Assembly: GCA_050613775.1 (NCBI GenBank)
Contig: JBODTK010000152.1
Span: 1 to 64,000 of the forward strand
Source of the DNA: Neocallimastix sp. 'constans'
Lineage: Eukaryota
Reading direction: 5' to 3'
DNA: 64,000 bases
Each line of letters opens with the position of its first letter. Position 1 is the stretch's first letter. Position numbers and translations under genes: made by a program. The notes below the pieces were generated by a model. The model made no database searches. It saw nothing but the letters and a program-made list of their open reading frames with translations, and had not been told where the DNA came from. This document shows positions 1 through 12,690 of the stretch, in pieces.

Positions 1-440
1 AAATAAAATAAAATAAAATAAAATAAAATAAAATAAAATAAAATAAAATAAAATAAAATAAAATAAAATAAAATAAAATAAAATAAAATAAAATAAAATA
101 AAATAAAATAAAATAAAATAAAATAAAATAAAATAAAATAAAATAAAATAAAATAAAATAAAATAAAATAAAATAAAATAAAATAAAATAAAATAAAATA
201 AATAGTAGAATATGAATATAAGTACAGATTGAATAAAATAAAATAAAATAAAATAAAATAAAATAAAATAAAATAAAATAATTGAAATATGAATATAAAA
301 TAAAATTAAATAAAATAAAATAAAATATAATATAATAAAATAAAATAAATAATTGAAATATGAATATAAAATAAAATTAAATAAAATAAATAGTAGAATA
401 TTAAATATAAAGCATATATTGAATAAAATATAATAAAAAA
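1..440. repeat. (TAAAA)n pentanucleotide microsatellite, perfect to ~203 and degenerate to ~440
   Basis: Directly visible tandem AAATA units from base 1, with later interruptions such as GAATATGAATATAA. Confidence 0.95.
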
Positions 441-3400
441 TGAGTTTTAAAGAATTTAAAAACAAATAATAGTAATGGAAAAATAATCTAAAAATTATTA
501 TTATTCATTATATAATATGAAATGAAACAGTTAATAATGTCAATTGCCAGAAAATCTCTAAATTATTATTATTGTGATAATTAATAATAAATATATTACT
601 TTATATTGTGGAATAGTTTAGAATATATTGAAAGTTTTAGCAATTCAATTTATAAATTTAATACTTAATAATGACTAATAACTATAATTATTAAATTAAG
701 TATGAGTTAACTTTAAACAAATTATAACTTGATAGATGTTTATGTAAACAAATAGGTAATAATTAATTATTAATAAAAATAATTCATTCGATTTCAATAA
801 TTACTATAAATTAATAATATTTCATATTATTCCTTACTTAGCATTATAGTAATTACTTATTCTTTTAATTTATATATCTTCTGTTATTTTATGGGAAAAA
901 AAAATAGAATAATTTTATATACAATAATTATTAATAATTTTATATTTATATTTACTATATAAACTTTTTTATTTATCAATATTTATTTTGAATTTTCATT
1001 CATATTTATTCATATTTACATTTATTTATTTATTATATTATATTATATTATTATTAGGTTTTATCTATGATTCTTTTTCGTCAATCATTTATATTCTTGG
1101 TACATCAAATGATCAAATTCTTTATATATTACTTTAAATAAAAAGAAGTCATTAAAATGTAATATTAAAAAATTAATTATAAATATATATATTAAATGAA
1201 AAGCGATTATATTACAATATATGATTACAATATACAGATAAAGTAATTTTTTATCATTATATATATATTTTTTAATATAAAAATTTATAATAATCTTAAT
1301 GAAAAAAAAATTAATAATAAAACAGATGAAAAACAGATGTAATAAAAAAATAAACAGAAGAAAAATGAATAAAAATTTATACTTAAAAAAAAATAATAAT
1401 AATAAAAAAGTAATAACTAATTGTTTTAATATTATATGTTAAATAATTCTTTTTACTATTTACTTATTAAATATTATATTTACAAAAAGCTCTATAATTA
1501 AAATAATAACTCAAATCATTAAAAAAAAAAGAATTAGATAAATTATTTTTTTAAAACAAAATTTATAATTTATAAGAATAAATAGTTATTAATTATTTTT
1601 TTTAACTAATTAAGATAAATCAATTTCATTAGAATATCCAATAAGTTTTATAATAAACAAACATAAATTTTTACACAAACTTTTTAATTATATCAGGTAT
1701 TTTACTTGTGGCTTGATTTATATAAAAATTTATAGAATGAAATTTGAAATAGTAAAATTCTTTTCAACATTTACAAAAATAAATAAGTAAATTAATTACA
1801 ATAATTATTAAATTATATATATATATTAATAAAAGAAAAATTAAGAATATATTTATTATTATAAAAATAATAACTACAATATGAAAGTATAATTAGTTTA
1901 TTGTACAATCATATATATATTAATAATAATTATAAGGTATAAGAAATAATAAAACCATTTAAAATATAAATTAATAGTATGTAATATAAATAATCAATGT
2001 AAAAGACATTTATTTAGTAATTATTAACGTTTTATTTTTTATAAGCCCAATTGTTTAGTAATGTGACATATTCATTAATAATAAAATAAAAATATTAACT
2101 TAATCCATTTATTACTATAGTTACTTACTTATATAATTTATATAGAATTAAATTAATATATTTATATTTATATATCATTTATTTTATGAGGTTTATTTAT
2201 TTTAAATAAAAAAAATTAATAATACAACACCTAATTTGTTTGAATAATAATATTTATACCATGATTTGAATTTATTAATTTTGTAGATATTATCTTTATT
2301 TATTATTTATCATAATATACTTAAATTTGTTGAAAAAAAAAAAAAAAACTTTTATAATAATCGTTTCTATTATAATAATATATTCTAATAATGAAAATAT
2401 ATAATAATCTATAATATTTAAAGAACCTGATTAAGTTATTTTATTATTATTAATATTTTTTTTTAAATTAGGATAAAATTATCGATCTTTAATTTTAATA
2501 ATAATAAAAAATAATTTTCTTTGAGATTTAACTATTAATATAAAAAGTAAAAATCTAGTAGTAACTAATAAATTATTAAGAATTAAAATAATAATAATTA
2601 AAAAAAAAGTAAAATATTTTTTAAATCAAATAACGATAAACTAAATCCATATATATTATAAAGTGGCTTGTTGTATCATATTAATAAGTATATTATCATG
2701 CGTATCAAAGTTGTATTGAAATATGTTCAAACTTTTTAATTTTTTAAAGATTTCACAAATTTTCATTTATTGCCAAATAAAATAAATAAATAAATGGAAT
2801 AATTTATATATATCAAGTTGTATAAGAAGATAATTATTTCTAATGTTTATTCTGTAATAAATGTAAACATTTCAAATAAAGTATAAAATTTATTTATTTA
2901 TTTATTATTATCTATACTGTATAACATAACTAAATATATATAAATATTAGTTTTTATTACATACATATTATATATAATAAATATAATTTATTATTTATAT
3001 ATATATAGATTACATTATAAACAAATTAATTATTTTACTATGATTTAATGAGCCTTTTGGTTTTAATTTTTGTAATAATCCTTATTTTATTTAATAATTT
3101 TATTTACTTGTATTTATTTACATAAAGTAATACTTTTATAAAAATTAATATTTTATAAAAATTAAAATATTTAATAGGAATAATCTATTTATTCCAAATT
3201 AAATAATAGACAATTAAAATATTATAATATTAATTAATATTAATTATATATATAAATTATATTAAAATATAAAATACGCCACCTAAATGATAATAAAATA
3301 ATTCAATAAAATATATTTAAATTTAAAAGATTCATTTAAATAACATATATATATAAATGTAATGTAAATTGAAAATAAAGTTTTTTTTTGATCATTTATT

Positions 3401-3995
3401 ATAATAATTCGTTACATGTATAAACCAATTATCCAACATTTACAAAATTATTCATTAATTGTATTACAATCTGTATAATATATTTTTTAATTTATTTATT
3501 TATTTTATAATCGAGTTTCTAAAAGTAAGAAAAATTTAAAAGAATAAAATTTTTATATAATAAAAATATAATTATTATTTATTTAAAATTTATAAAGTAC
3601 AATATAATTATTATCTTTAATTATGAATTAATATTATCAATATATTATCATTATTACTACATGCATAATAAATTCTTTAATAGTATATACGTTATTTCAT
3701 TATAATAAATATATATTAATTATAATAAATATATATTATTAAAATATATAATAAGTATATATTATATGTATAACGGCTTTTAATAAATAACTTTATTTTT
3801 TATTGTTTAATAAGCATATTTAGTCAATTTACTGGATGGCTGTTCCTTTTTGCTTTATCAAGTGTTTCATAAATTTCTTTGGAGGAAGTAGTAAATAAAT
3901 AAATTAAAAAAAAAAAAAAAGTATAAAAGAAAAAAAAATTAGCCCAAAAATTTTTATCTTCAGATTTTATTTTAAAATCAGAAAGTAATTACAAA

Positions 3996-4367
3996 ATGTA
4001 CAATCAAGATTTCAACAACAACTTCGGAGCTCAACAAGAACAATTCAATGACGATGATGAATACGTCTACATCACCGATGATGAAGGTGATTACCTTGAA
4101 GATGAAAATGGTGAAATTATTTCTCTTCAAGAAGCTAACTCTCGTGGTTTAATTAGTCAAGTTGACGAATCTGACCGTGGTCTTAACTTCCAAAACCTTT
4201 CCACCAAGCAAATGCTTCTTGGTGCTGCTGCCATTGCTGCTGCCGGTCTTGTTGCTGGTGGTGGTGCCTACGTTATTAACAAACAACTTAAGAAGAAGAA
4301 GAGAGTTAAGAAGAGTGAACTTAACGGTCAACAACAAGCTGCTACTAACCAACAACGTGGTTTCTAA
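3996..4367 (+). CDS. Small intronless protein (123 aa): acidic DxxG motifs, hydrophobic Gly/Ala segment and polybasic tail; paralog of 6022-6600
   Basis: GC-richer island with biased codons (GCT, GGT, CTT, AAC, AAG) and AAAATG start context. It shares EYxYITDDxGDYxEDExG..LxxxxAxxRGL and KQLKKKKxVKK with the next ORF. Confidence 0.85.
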   Translation: MYNQDFNNNFGAQQEQFNDDDEYVYITDDEGDYLEDENGEIISLQEANSRGLISQVDESDRGLNFQNLSTKQMLLGAAAIAAAGLVAGGGAYVINKQLKKKKRVKKSELNGQQQAATNQQRGF

Positions 4368-5105
4368 GATAGTTATTAAAATCTACTAGAAATTGAAAAT
4401 AATTTCAATAAAATTAATATTTCGTAATAAAAGTCGAAATTTTATTGTATTTGTAAAAAAATAAATAAATAAGTAAATTACTATTTATTTCTATTTTTTA
4501 TACTTATGTACAAAATTTAATTAAACGGTATTATGATATTAAAAAAATATCATAATTGCAAGCATTTAATCATAAAAAAAAAAACGTAAATAAACATTAA
4601 TATTGAAAAATAATTTATTCAAGTGTTTTTTGAAATGAAAATAATTTATAGTGTGATTATGTGTAATTTGGAGTTATGGAAATAAAAAATATAATCTTTA
4701 TTATGTTCAATAATAATTTGAAGAAGAAAAGCATGTAGTGAATTTAGATAAAGAAAGTTTTTATTTATATTTTTATTACTATTTTTATTACTATTTAAAT
4801 TATGTTTTTAGAGTTATCAAGTAGAAAATGATTTTAAAGAGGGAATATTACTTATGATATATAATATTATTGTTTTATTATTTGTATAGATTTATAGATT
4901 TACTATATATAATATTTAGTCTTAAATATTTAATATAGTAAATAATTTTATTGTTTTAAATTTATTTTTTATTAAAAAAAAAAAGACTACTAATAAATTA
5001 TTGAATATATTAAGACACAATTATAATTTACAGTTTTATTAAATAAAGTTCGAAGTAGTAAAAATATTATTTGGTAGAATATAAAGAATTAGAGATTTAT
5101 TAATT

Positions 5106-5161
5106 ATTCATACAATTAATAAATGAATAAATAAATAAAGTTCCCAATAATTGCGGTTATA
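5106..5161. repeat. Dispersed ~55-bp repeat, second copy at 21841-21902; possible DNA transposon terminus
   Basis: ATTCAT..AATTAATAAATGAAT..AAAGTTC(C/A)CAATAATTGCGG(T/C)T(A/G)TA is present at both loci. Confidence 0.6.
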
Positions 5162-6021
5162 ATAAAAAAATTAGATATTTATTATTTATATTATTTATAT
5201 TAGATAAATTATATAAATAATAACACTTTAAAGTATTTTTATAATAAATATTAAATGAATATATATATAATAATATATATAAAAATATTTAAATATTATA
5301 ACAAATTTATTTATATGCTTATTTCTATTAATTTACAGATAATACATATATTGATTTTATTAATACTTTTTTAATAATGATCGTTATTATTTTTTTTATT
5401 TTATTTTTTGAAACATTTATTTCTTATAATATTATATAAACTAATGTTAATATTAAAAAAAAATCATATCCGCTTAGAGTTTTTCCATATTATAATTACA
5501 ATATATATATTATTATAATTACTAAAATATATTATATGTAAATTTTTATATTTCATTATAAATATATATTGGTTGTTAATGTTTGATAAATTGAACAATA
5601 ATTTATTGATATTTTTTTTAATATAAATAATCCTTAAATTCTTAATTATATTAAAAACTATATTAAAAAAAATGGCAGTTCTTTTTTTTTTATTATTTTT
5701 AATTTATAATTGTTATAAATATAATTTTTATCTTTATTTATTTATTTATATTGATTAATATATAATAAACATATTATAATTATAATAGTTTTTTTTTTTT
5801 TCTTTCCAAATATTATATATATTTAATATATATAATTCTTAAATCATTTGTTTAAATTATTTGTTTTATTAATATTTATATATTATGGATAAAAATATAT
5901 ATAAATAATAAAAACTGTCAAAAAATTTTTTACTTTATTTATTTTATTTTTTTTTTTGTTTTTAATTATCATTTTATTATTATTATTATTTTTTTTTAAA
6001 AACAAAGAAATTTAATTCAAT

Positions 6022-6600
6022 ATGTATCAAATGCCACGTCCAGGAGGATTCCCAGGAGGAGGATATCCACCACCAGGCGGTCCAGGAGGTTTTGGAGCTC
6101 CAGGTTTTCCACCACCAGGCGGTCCAGGAGGTTATGGAGCTCCAGGTGGATACAATAACTTTGAAAATGATGATGATAGTGAATATGAATATATTACTGA
6201 TGATGATGGTGACTACATTGAAGATGAAGATGGTACCATTTTAACTCCACAACAAGCTCAAGAAAGAGGTTTACTTGCTCCAGCTGATGGTGAACGTGGT
6301 ATCGGTAAGAAACTTTTAATTGGTGGTGCTATTCTTGGTGGTGTCTGGATGCTTAGAAAACAACTAAAGAAAAAGAAGAAGGTTAAGAAGCAAAAACAAA
6401 ATCAATACCCTGGTCAATATGGTACTGGTTATAAAAGAAACGGTCCACCAGGTGGTCCTGGATTCGGTGGACCACAAGGAGGTTTCGGTGGACCACCAGG
6501 TGGTTATGGCCGTCCAGGTGGTTTTGGAGGTCCAGGTTTCGGTGGACCACAAGGAGGTTTTGGAGGACCACAAGGTGGTTATGGTCGTCCAGGTTGGTGA
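6022..6600 (+). CDS. Small intronless protein (192 aa): Gly/Pro-rich GGP(Q/P)GG(F/Y) repeats flanking the same acidic motif, hydrophobic helix and polybasic segment as 3996-4367
   Basis: Open GC-rich ORF with clear paralogy to 3996-4367. Confidence 0.88.
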   Translation: MYQMPRPGGFPGGGYPPPGGPGGFGAPGFPPPGGPGGYGAPGGYNNFENDDDSEYEYITDDDGDYIEDEDGTILTPQQAQERGLLAPADGERGIGKKLLIGGAILGGVWMLRKQLKKKKKVKKQKQNQYPGQYGTGYKRNGPPGGPGFGGPQGGFGGPPGGYGRPGGFGGPGFGGPQGGFGGPQGGYGRPGW

Positions 6601-6778
6601 ACAACTTAAAAAATAAAAAAAAAAGGAAATATGTAATTCTTATTTGATATTATTAATTACTCAAAAAATAAAAAATTTTTTTTTTGATTAATTAGATATA
6701 TAAAAAATATTTTTATATATAATTTTTTTTTTGATTATATTATTTATTTTTGATTTAGATCATTAAAGCGTTTTTACA

Positions 6779-6810
<32 letters not shown>

Positions 6811-7052
6811 TATAATAAATGAATAATAAATGTAATTAAACATAATAATATATATATTAATAGTAATAAAAAAAAAATAAAATAAAATAAAATATAATTA
6901 TTTATAAATAACTAAATAAACAAAAAAAAAAAAAGAAAAAAATTAAATTGAAATTGATATTATATTTAACATTTAAAGTGTTGTATAATTATTTATTATT
7001 ATCATTTTAATATATGTATATATATATATTTATAACTCTATAAATTTAATTA

Positions 7053-7094
<42 letters not shown>

Positions 7095-7490
7095 TATTAT
7101 TATTGGTTTATTTTAAAAATTTTAAAGATAATTAAATTTAAAGTGATTTATTTATAAACATTGCTATTGGCCAGCAATGGTCTTTGTTCAATAGGTTCAA
7201 ATCGAATCGTACTACTACTACCAAAAGCGTCAATGCTGAAGAAACAGTAAAACAGGCCAGCAGGGCTAGCGTAACCAATGAAGATCATAATTTTGTATCT
7301 TAAAATTATGATTAACATTGCGAAGTCAAAATTAATTATTATACCTCAGTATAATAATGCCCTTGTGAAGTCTTACAAATATTAATTAAATGAAACTAGA
7401 ATATATTATACCATTATTTTATTTTATTTTGTGTTTTATTTTTGTTTATTTTTTTTTATCTTTTTTTTATTATTTTATTACATGTATTTT

Positions 7491-10400
7491 CCCCAATGAT
7501 GTGGACTGTTTTTCCAGGTCCATGGAGGGTTGATGGAAAAGGAATAACCTATATCAGGTGTACTAATTACAGCTTTCTGTGATTCTGATGATAATGGATG
7601 GTTATCCTTTCTAAAGTGGCTTCTAGTACGAAGAGTGAAAACTGGAATACTGGAAGACTGTAGAAAGTGAACCTGATGTTTTATATTGTTTTAAACTGGA
7701 TATGTAGTAACATTGGAGTTGTATAATTAATAATATCATGTAGTTTCTACATATTATCATTGTAATGAATCTATTGTATTTTTTACTTTAGCATTATTTT
7801 GTATATGTATTTTTCTATAGTATTATTTATACTTTCATGTAGCTATTGTAAAATGGAAATGTAGGAGATTGATTCACTCCAAAGCTTGTGTTTAAGACAT
7901 TATTTAACGGATGGGAATCTTTTTTATAGTCTTTCTCTACTAATATTTTTTCTTTTTAAATATACTTTTAGCTAATTTATGATTATTCAACAGAAAATTT
8001 TTAACATCTTAAAGCGCTTTATTAATTGAAAGAATTACAATCATTCAAAAGATAAAAAGAAACAATTATTCATTTTTACAGTATATACAAGTAATTTTGT
8101 ATCAATAAATTACTAACCCTTGAGTAAATTTATAAATATTATATCAGTTATACAGGATAAAATCAATTATTTACAAAATCTAAAATCTATTCAATCATCA
8201 AGAACAATTTTATATTTCAAGCTTTCAAATATTCAACACCAATATTTTTTTTTTTTTTTTTACTATTTAAAGAGAATTTACTTTCTCTTTTATTTTTTAA
8301 TTTATTTTATTACATATATATTTATAAAAAAAAAAAAAAAAAAAAATTTTTTTTATCTATTTTTTTTATTATTTTTATTATTTTTATTTTATTCTTCTTT
8401 TATTTTATTTTTTAGGCTTTCTTGATATGGATAATACTTCTTCAAATTCAGCAACTATACCTGTTTTGCGACGTGGTCTTCGAAGATACGATATTCAGAA
8501 TAAAGATTTCATTCTTATCTTTATTCATGATCTTCAATCATGGTCTGTTAGTAAACTTTGGGAATTTCTTAGTAAACGTATTTCCAATTGCAATGAAATA
8601 GTTCATGGAATTATAAAAACACACACACCTAATATGAAAAATTACTTCATTTTAAGGATAAACTATGATAAACCCACTTATTACCTAAATATTTTATTTC
8701 TTCTTACCCATTGCCTTCCAATCAATAAAATTAATTGGATCCAAACCGACAAAATCAGAACTTTCAGTGAAGTTAAGAAATTTAACAACAAATTTTCTTC
8801 TTTTGAAACTAAATCAATGGCTAAAGATTTTCTTTATAGTAATATTTATTCACCGTCTACTCAGTTCTTTAATCTTTGTGTCAGTTGGAATATTAATGGA
8901 TGGAATGATGAAAAACGTGATGGTATTAGATACTTTAATGAAATTTTTAAACCCATCTGTATTTGCTTGCAAGAGGTCGGTAATAGCCAATACCTTAATG
9001 CACATTCAAATAATTACCCATTTCTTTGTCACTATAATACAATTTTACGTAAAGCTGATCCAAATATACCCGGTATGAGAGGTCTTAGTATAAGTGTACA
9101 TCGTTCATGTTCATTTTCTCCTGATCCCTTTGAATATAAGTATATCATTTCTGTCAACATTACTTCTTTTTGGGGAATTAAATGCACTATTGGTAATATT
9201 TATGTTCCTACGGTCACTCATAAGGAAGAAAGAAAGAATGCCTTTTCAGAAATTACTAATTGGATAAAGAAACATACTAATACACCTTCTATTCTTGTAG
9301 GTGACTTTAATATGTCTAAATCCCAATTAGATAATTTACTTAATAAATCATCTTATCAGTGGTTCACTAAATACTTATCAGGTCTCGATTTCACATGGGC
9401 TCGGGATGGTAGATCGTCTTGTATTGATCATGTTTTATTTAATTGTAAAATGAAGGAATACATTAATAAGGTATCTGTTTGTAGTACATTCAATGATATA
9501 TCTGACCACTTCCCTCTTATCCTTTCCTGTAAGAAAGATGACTCAGAAGGTTTTCGTGCTCCTACTCCTTCTAGAAGATTCAAGTGGTCCCAACGCATGT
9601 GTAATGAAAAGCATAATGAAATATTCTCAAGTAACTACTTCTCAATTCTTCTTAATGAATTTGATGATAATAAAGAATTAAGTTCTAATGAAATGGTCAA
9701 TAAATTTATAGAAACAGCTAATAAAGTTGGTGATAAAGTTCATGCTAGAGTTCCTTGTGATCTTAAAGGATCAGCTTTCCACTGCCCTTATTATATCAAG
9801 AAACTTTCTCATGAAAAGCATGTTGCATTTAATGAAATCAAAAATTTTTCTTTAGGTTCTAATCTTGAAAACCTTGATGAATTTTTAAATTTGCTTCGTG
9901 AGTATAAAAATATATGTGGTAAAGTCAGGTCAATTAAGTTTTCTATTAAATCAAAACAATTTCATCAGTCAATAGAATCTGCATGTAATGATTTTAGTAA
10001 TAAAAATGCTAGGAGTGCTTGGTTAAAATTAAAGAAGCTATCTCGCCCTATGTACTCTAATTCTATTTCGTCAAGTGTTTTAAAGGACAAGCAGGGTAAC
10101 TTTTTATTTTCTCATTCGGATCAATTAAATCGATTTGCTGAACATTACAGTGAACTAGCTTCTGATGTTACTCAACACAGTTTGGATAATGAATACTGGG
10201 TAAGTTTATTTGAAACTAATCCTAATAATAATCTTACTTGGGATATTAATGATTCTATTACTATGGAAGAAATTCAAAACACTGTGCTTGAAATGAAAAA
10301 TAATAAAGCTCCTGGACCCGATGGTATTCCGATTGAATTTTTTAAAGCCTTCTTTAGTAAATCTGATTTATCCGATAATCAAGATGATTCTTCAGATGAT

Positions 10401-12657
10401 CACTACTCTAAGTGTGCTAAATGTTTACTTTCATTATTTAACAAAATCTGGGATGGTGATTTCCCTGAAGAGTGGAATTCGGCTTCTATAATATCAATTC
10501 CAAAAAAAAGGAGATCTTTCGGATTGTAATAATTATCGTGGTATTTCTCTTATTAATGTTGGCTTAAAAATTATTTCAAAGATTGTTACTAATAGAATTG
10601 CTAAATATGCCCTTGAACATAAATTTGTTAGACCTGAACAATTTGGATTTAGAAATAAAGAAGAATGCATAAGTTTGTATATTTCAATTAGAGAGATATG
10701 TCAAAGAAGAAAATTTAAAGGAAATTTTACTTATCTTGCTTTTCTCGATCTTAAAAAAGCCTATGATTCAGTTCCTATCTTTAATATTTTGACCAAATTA
10801 TATAACTTAGGAATTAGAGATAAATGTCATCTGTTTTTAAAGAATCTTTATCTATCCTCTAAAGCTCGTGCTTTTTTTAATGGTAATCTCTCAGAAGAAT
10901 TTTCGATTAATCGTGGTGTTAGACAAGGATGCCCTCTATCTCCTATTTTATTCAATTTGTTCATTAATGATATACTGGATAATTGTGATAAGTATGGTGT
11001 ATATTTAGATTCTCAATATTGTTGTGGTGGACTTTTTGCGGATGATATTGTTTTAGTTGCTCCATCTAAACAAGCTCTTAAGAAAATTTTGAATAAAGTT
11101 CATGAATGGGCTATTAAAAATGAAATGACTTTTGGAATTAATAAGTGTGCTACTCTTGTTGTAAAACCGATTAACTTTGTTAAACCGATAAATTATGAAG
11201 ATCCATCTTTCTTTATTGGCAGTAAAAAATTACCTAAAACTGACAACTATACCTATCTTGGTATTCCTTTTGATGAATCTTTATCACTGAAACCTATACA
11301 ATCCAAATTAAACAGTAATTTAAATGTCAAGTTAAATTTGTACTTTCGATTTCTTATTAATAAATCTGTTCCTCTCCCATTGAAGAAATATGTTTTAATT
11401 TCGTTTATTCTTAGTCTTGTTATATATTATGCTCCTCTCTTTGGTTCAAATAAGAGCAGATGTTCTAAAGCTCAAAAAATTATTAATAGAGGACTTTATT
11501 GGAGTTACGGATTTAAATCTCGCAATTCTTCTGTTAGTCTCTATAATATTACTCGTGAATTGAGAATACCTCCTCTTTCAGCTGTCTGTGCTATATCTCA
11601 ATTACGATGCTTTAGAAAATGGAAAAACTCATCATGTATTATTAATCATCTCACTAATAATATTCCTACTATGTCACATTATTCATGGACTAAAGAATCA
11701 AGGACTTTGGATAAGAAATTAAATGGTAAGAAAACAAGTGAAATAAAAAAGTTTTATTGGGAAAGAGATGTCTTCAAACCCTCAAAAGCTAAAAAAGCAA
11801 TTATTTACAAGGAGAATGATTTTGGATTTATTTCAGAAATCAGAAACTTAACATTTCAATATCCTAAGTATCAGTTGGGATTCTTTTGGATTTCTCGTAT
11901 TAGGTGTGGTTTTAAATTCGACATTAGTATTTCCATTAAAAGAAAAATCGTCTCAGAAGATTGCCCTAAATGTTGCCCTTGTTGTGGTGTTAGTGTACCT
12001 AGCTTTTCTCACTGGATCTTTGCCTGTAAAGAATTGGAAAATTACAGAAATAAATCTTTACCTTTTCTAGATGATCTCTTTTTGAAGTTTGCATTGATAA
12101 TTGAACAAAAATCCTTGGATGTTTCTTTAGATTCAGAAAAGGATTATGATAATAATATTTATTATTATATATTGAGTGCACTTCTTGGTGGGCGTTCAAT
12201 ATATTCAAAAATTAAAGTTAATGATGGGGAACAAAGACAATTAGTTGACAATATTTTTAAACAAAGTTCAACTTCGTCAACAGTTCCGTATTTTGTGGGG
12301 ATTGCGGAGTTTCAAACAAACGTAATACCATTAATTTGTCGATCTTTTAGTTTGATGATGAAATGGTATTCCGTTGAATCTACCGTTACCAAGAGCGTCG
12401 ACGTCGAAATGATAAGGCATGGATTTTCACCTCCAGATACAGATTCGATTGATAACACTAATACTGAAATTATTACTCACAATAATGGACGTGGTGTTAT
12501 TATCGAGGAATGGGAAAAGTTAGAGGCTATTGCTTCTAACGCACTTTTATAATTTTATAATATATAATATTTTATTTCATGTATTTTATTTGTTATTTTT
12601 TCATTTAATTTCATGTAATTTTATTATTATTATAAATTAAATAAAGTTTTCTCTAAG

Positions 12658-12687
<30 letters not shown>
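7491..12687 (+). mobile_element. Apparently full-length APE-type non-LTR retrotransposon (LINE), ~5.2 kb, with a 936-nt 5' UTR, a single ORF and a poly(A) tail
   Basis: 14-bp TSD ATTACATGTATTTT at 7477-7490 and 12688-12701, poly(A) at 12661-12687, AATAAA ~20 nt upstream, and an APE+RT ORF. Confidence 0.9.
8427..12552 (+). pseudogene. LINE polyprotein (~1,374 aa if repaired): N-terminal extension, APE endonuclease, reverse transcriptase and CCHC zinc knuckle; one +1 frameshift in the A8 run at 10502-10509
   Basis: APE motifs SWNING, LQEV, VGDFN, IDHVL and SDHFPL. RT motifs KAPGPDG, YRGISL, QFGFR, FLDLKKAYDSV, GVRQGCPLSP and FADD. C-terminal RIRCG...CPCCG...HWIFAC. Removing one A restores IPKKGDLSDCNNYRGISL and joins ORFs 8427-10529 and 10675-12552. 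Confidence 0.93.

Positions 12688-12690
<3 letters not shown>

Noticed and set aside
1..203. Telomeric repeat
   Set aside because: TAAAA lacks the G/C-rich strand of known telomeres, and short runs of the same unit occur internally (for example near 61630-61670).
7491..7545. HDV-like ribozyme at the LINE 5' end
   Set aside because: Only a simple two-stem pseudoknot is possible. There is no room for P3/P1.1 and the element does not start with a P1 guanosine.
7512..7648. Type III hammerhead ribozyme (TTCCAG-GTC, stem I, CTGATGA, GAAA-ACTGGAA)
   Set aside because: Three extra bases (ATT) separate stem I from CUGAUGA, stem II lacks the closing G-C pair, stem III has an A/G mismatch next to the core, and cleavage at 7520 would not match the element's 5' end. 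Kept only as a generic structured-RNA candidate.
8120..8425. 101-aa ORF as LINE ORF1, or an intron ending at the TTTAG at 8415
   Set aside because: TTG start and poly-T/poly-A low complexity. An efficiently spliced intron would be lost on retrotransposition, and there is no independent support.
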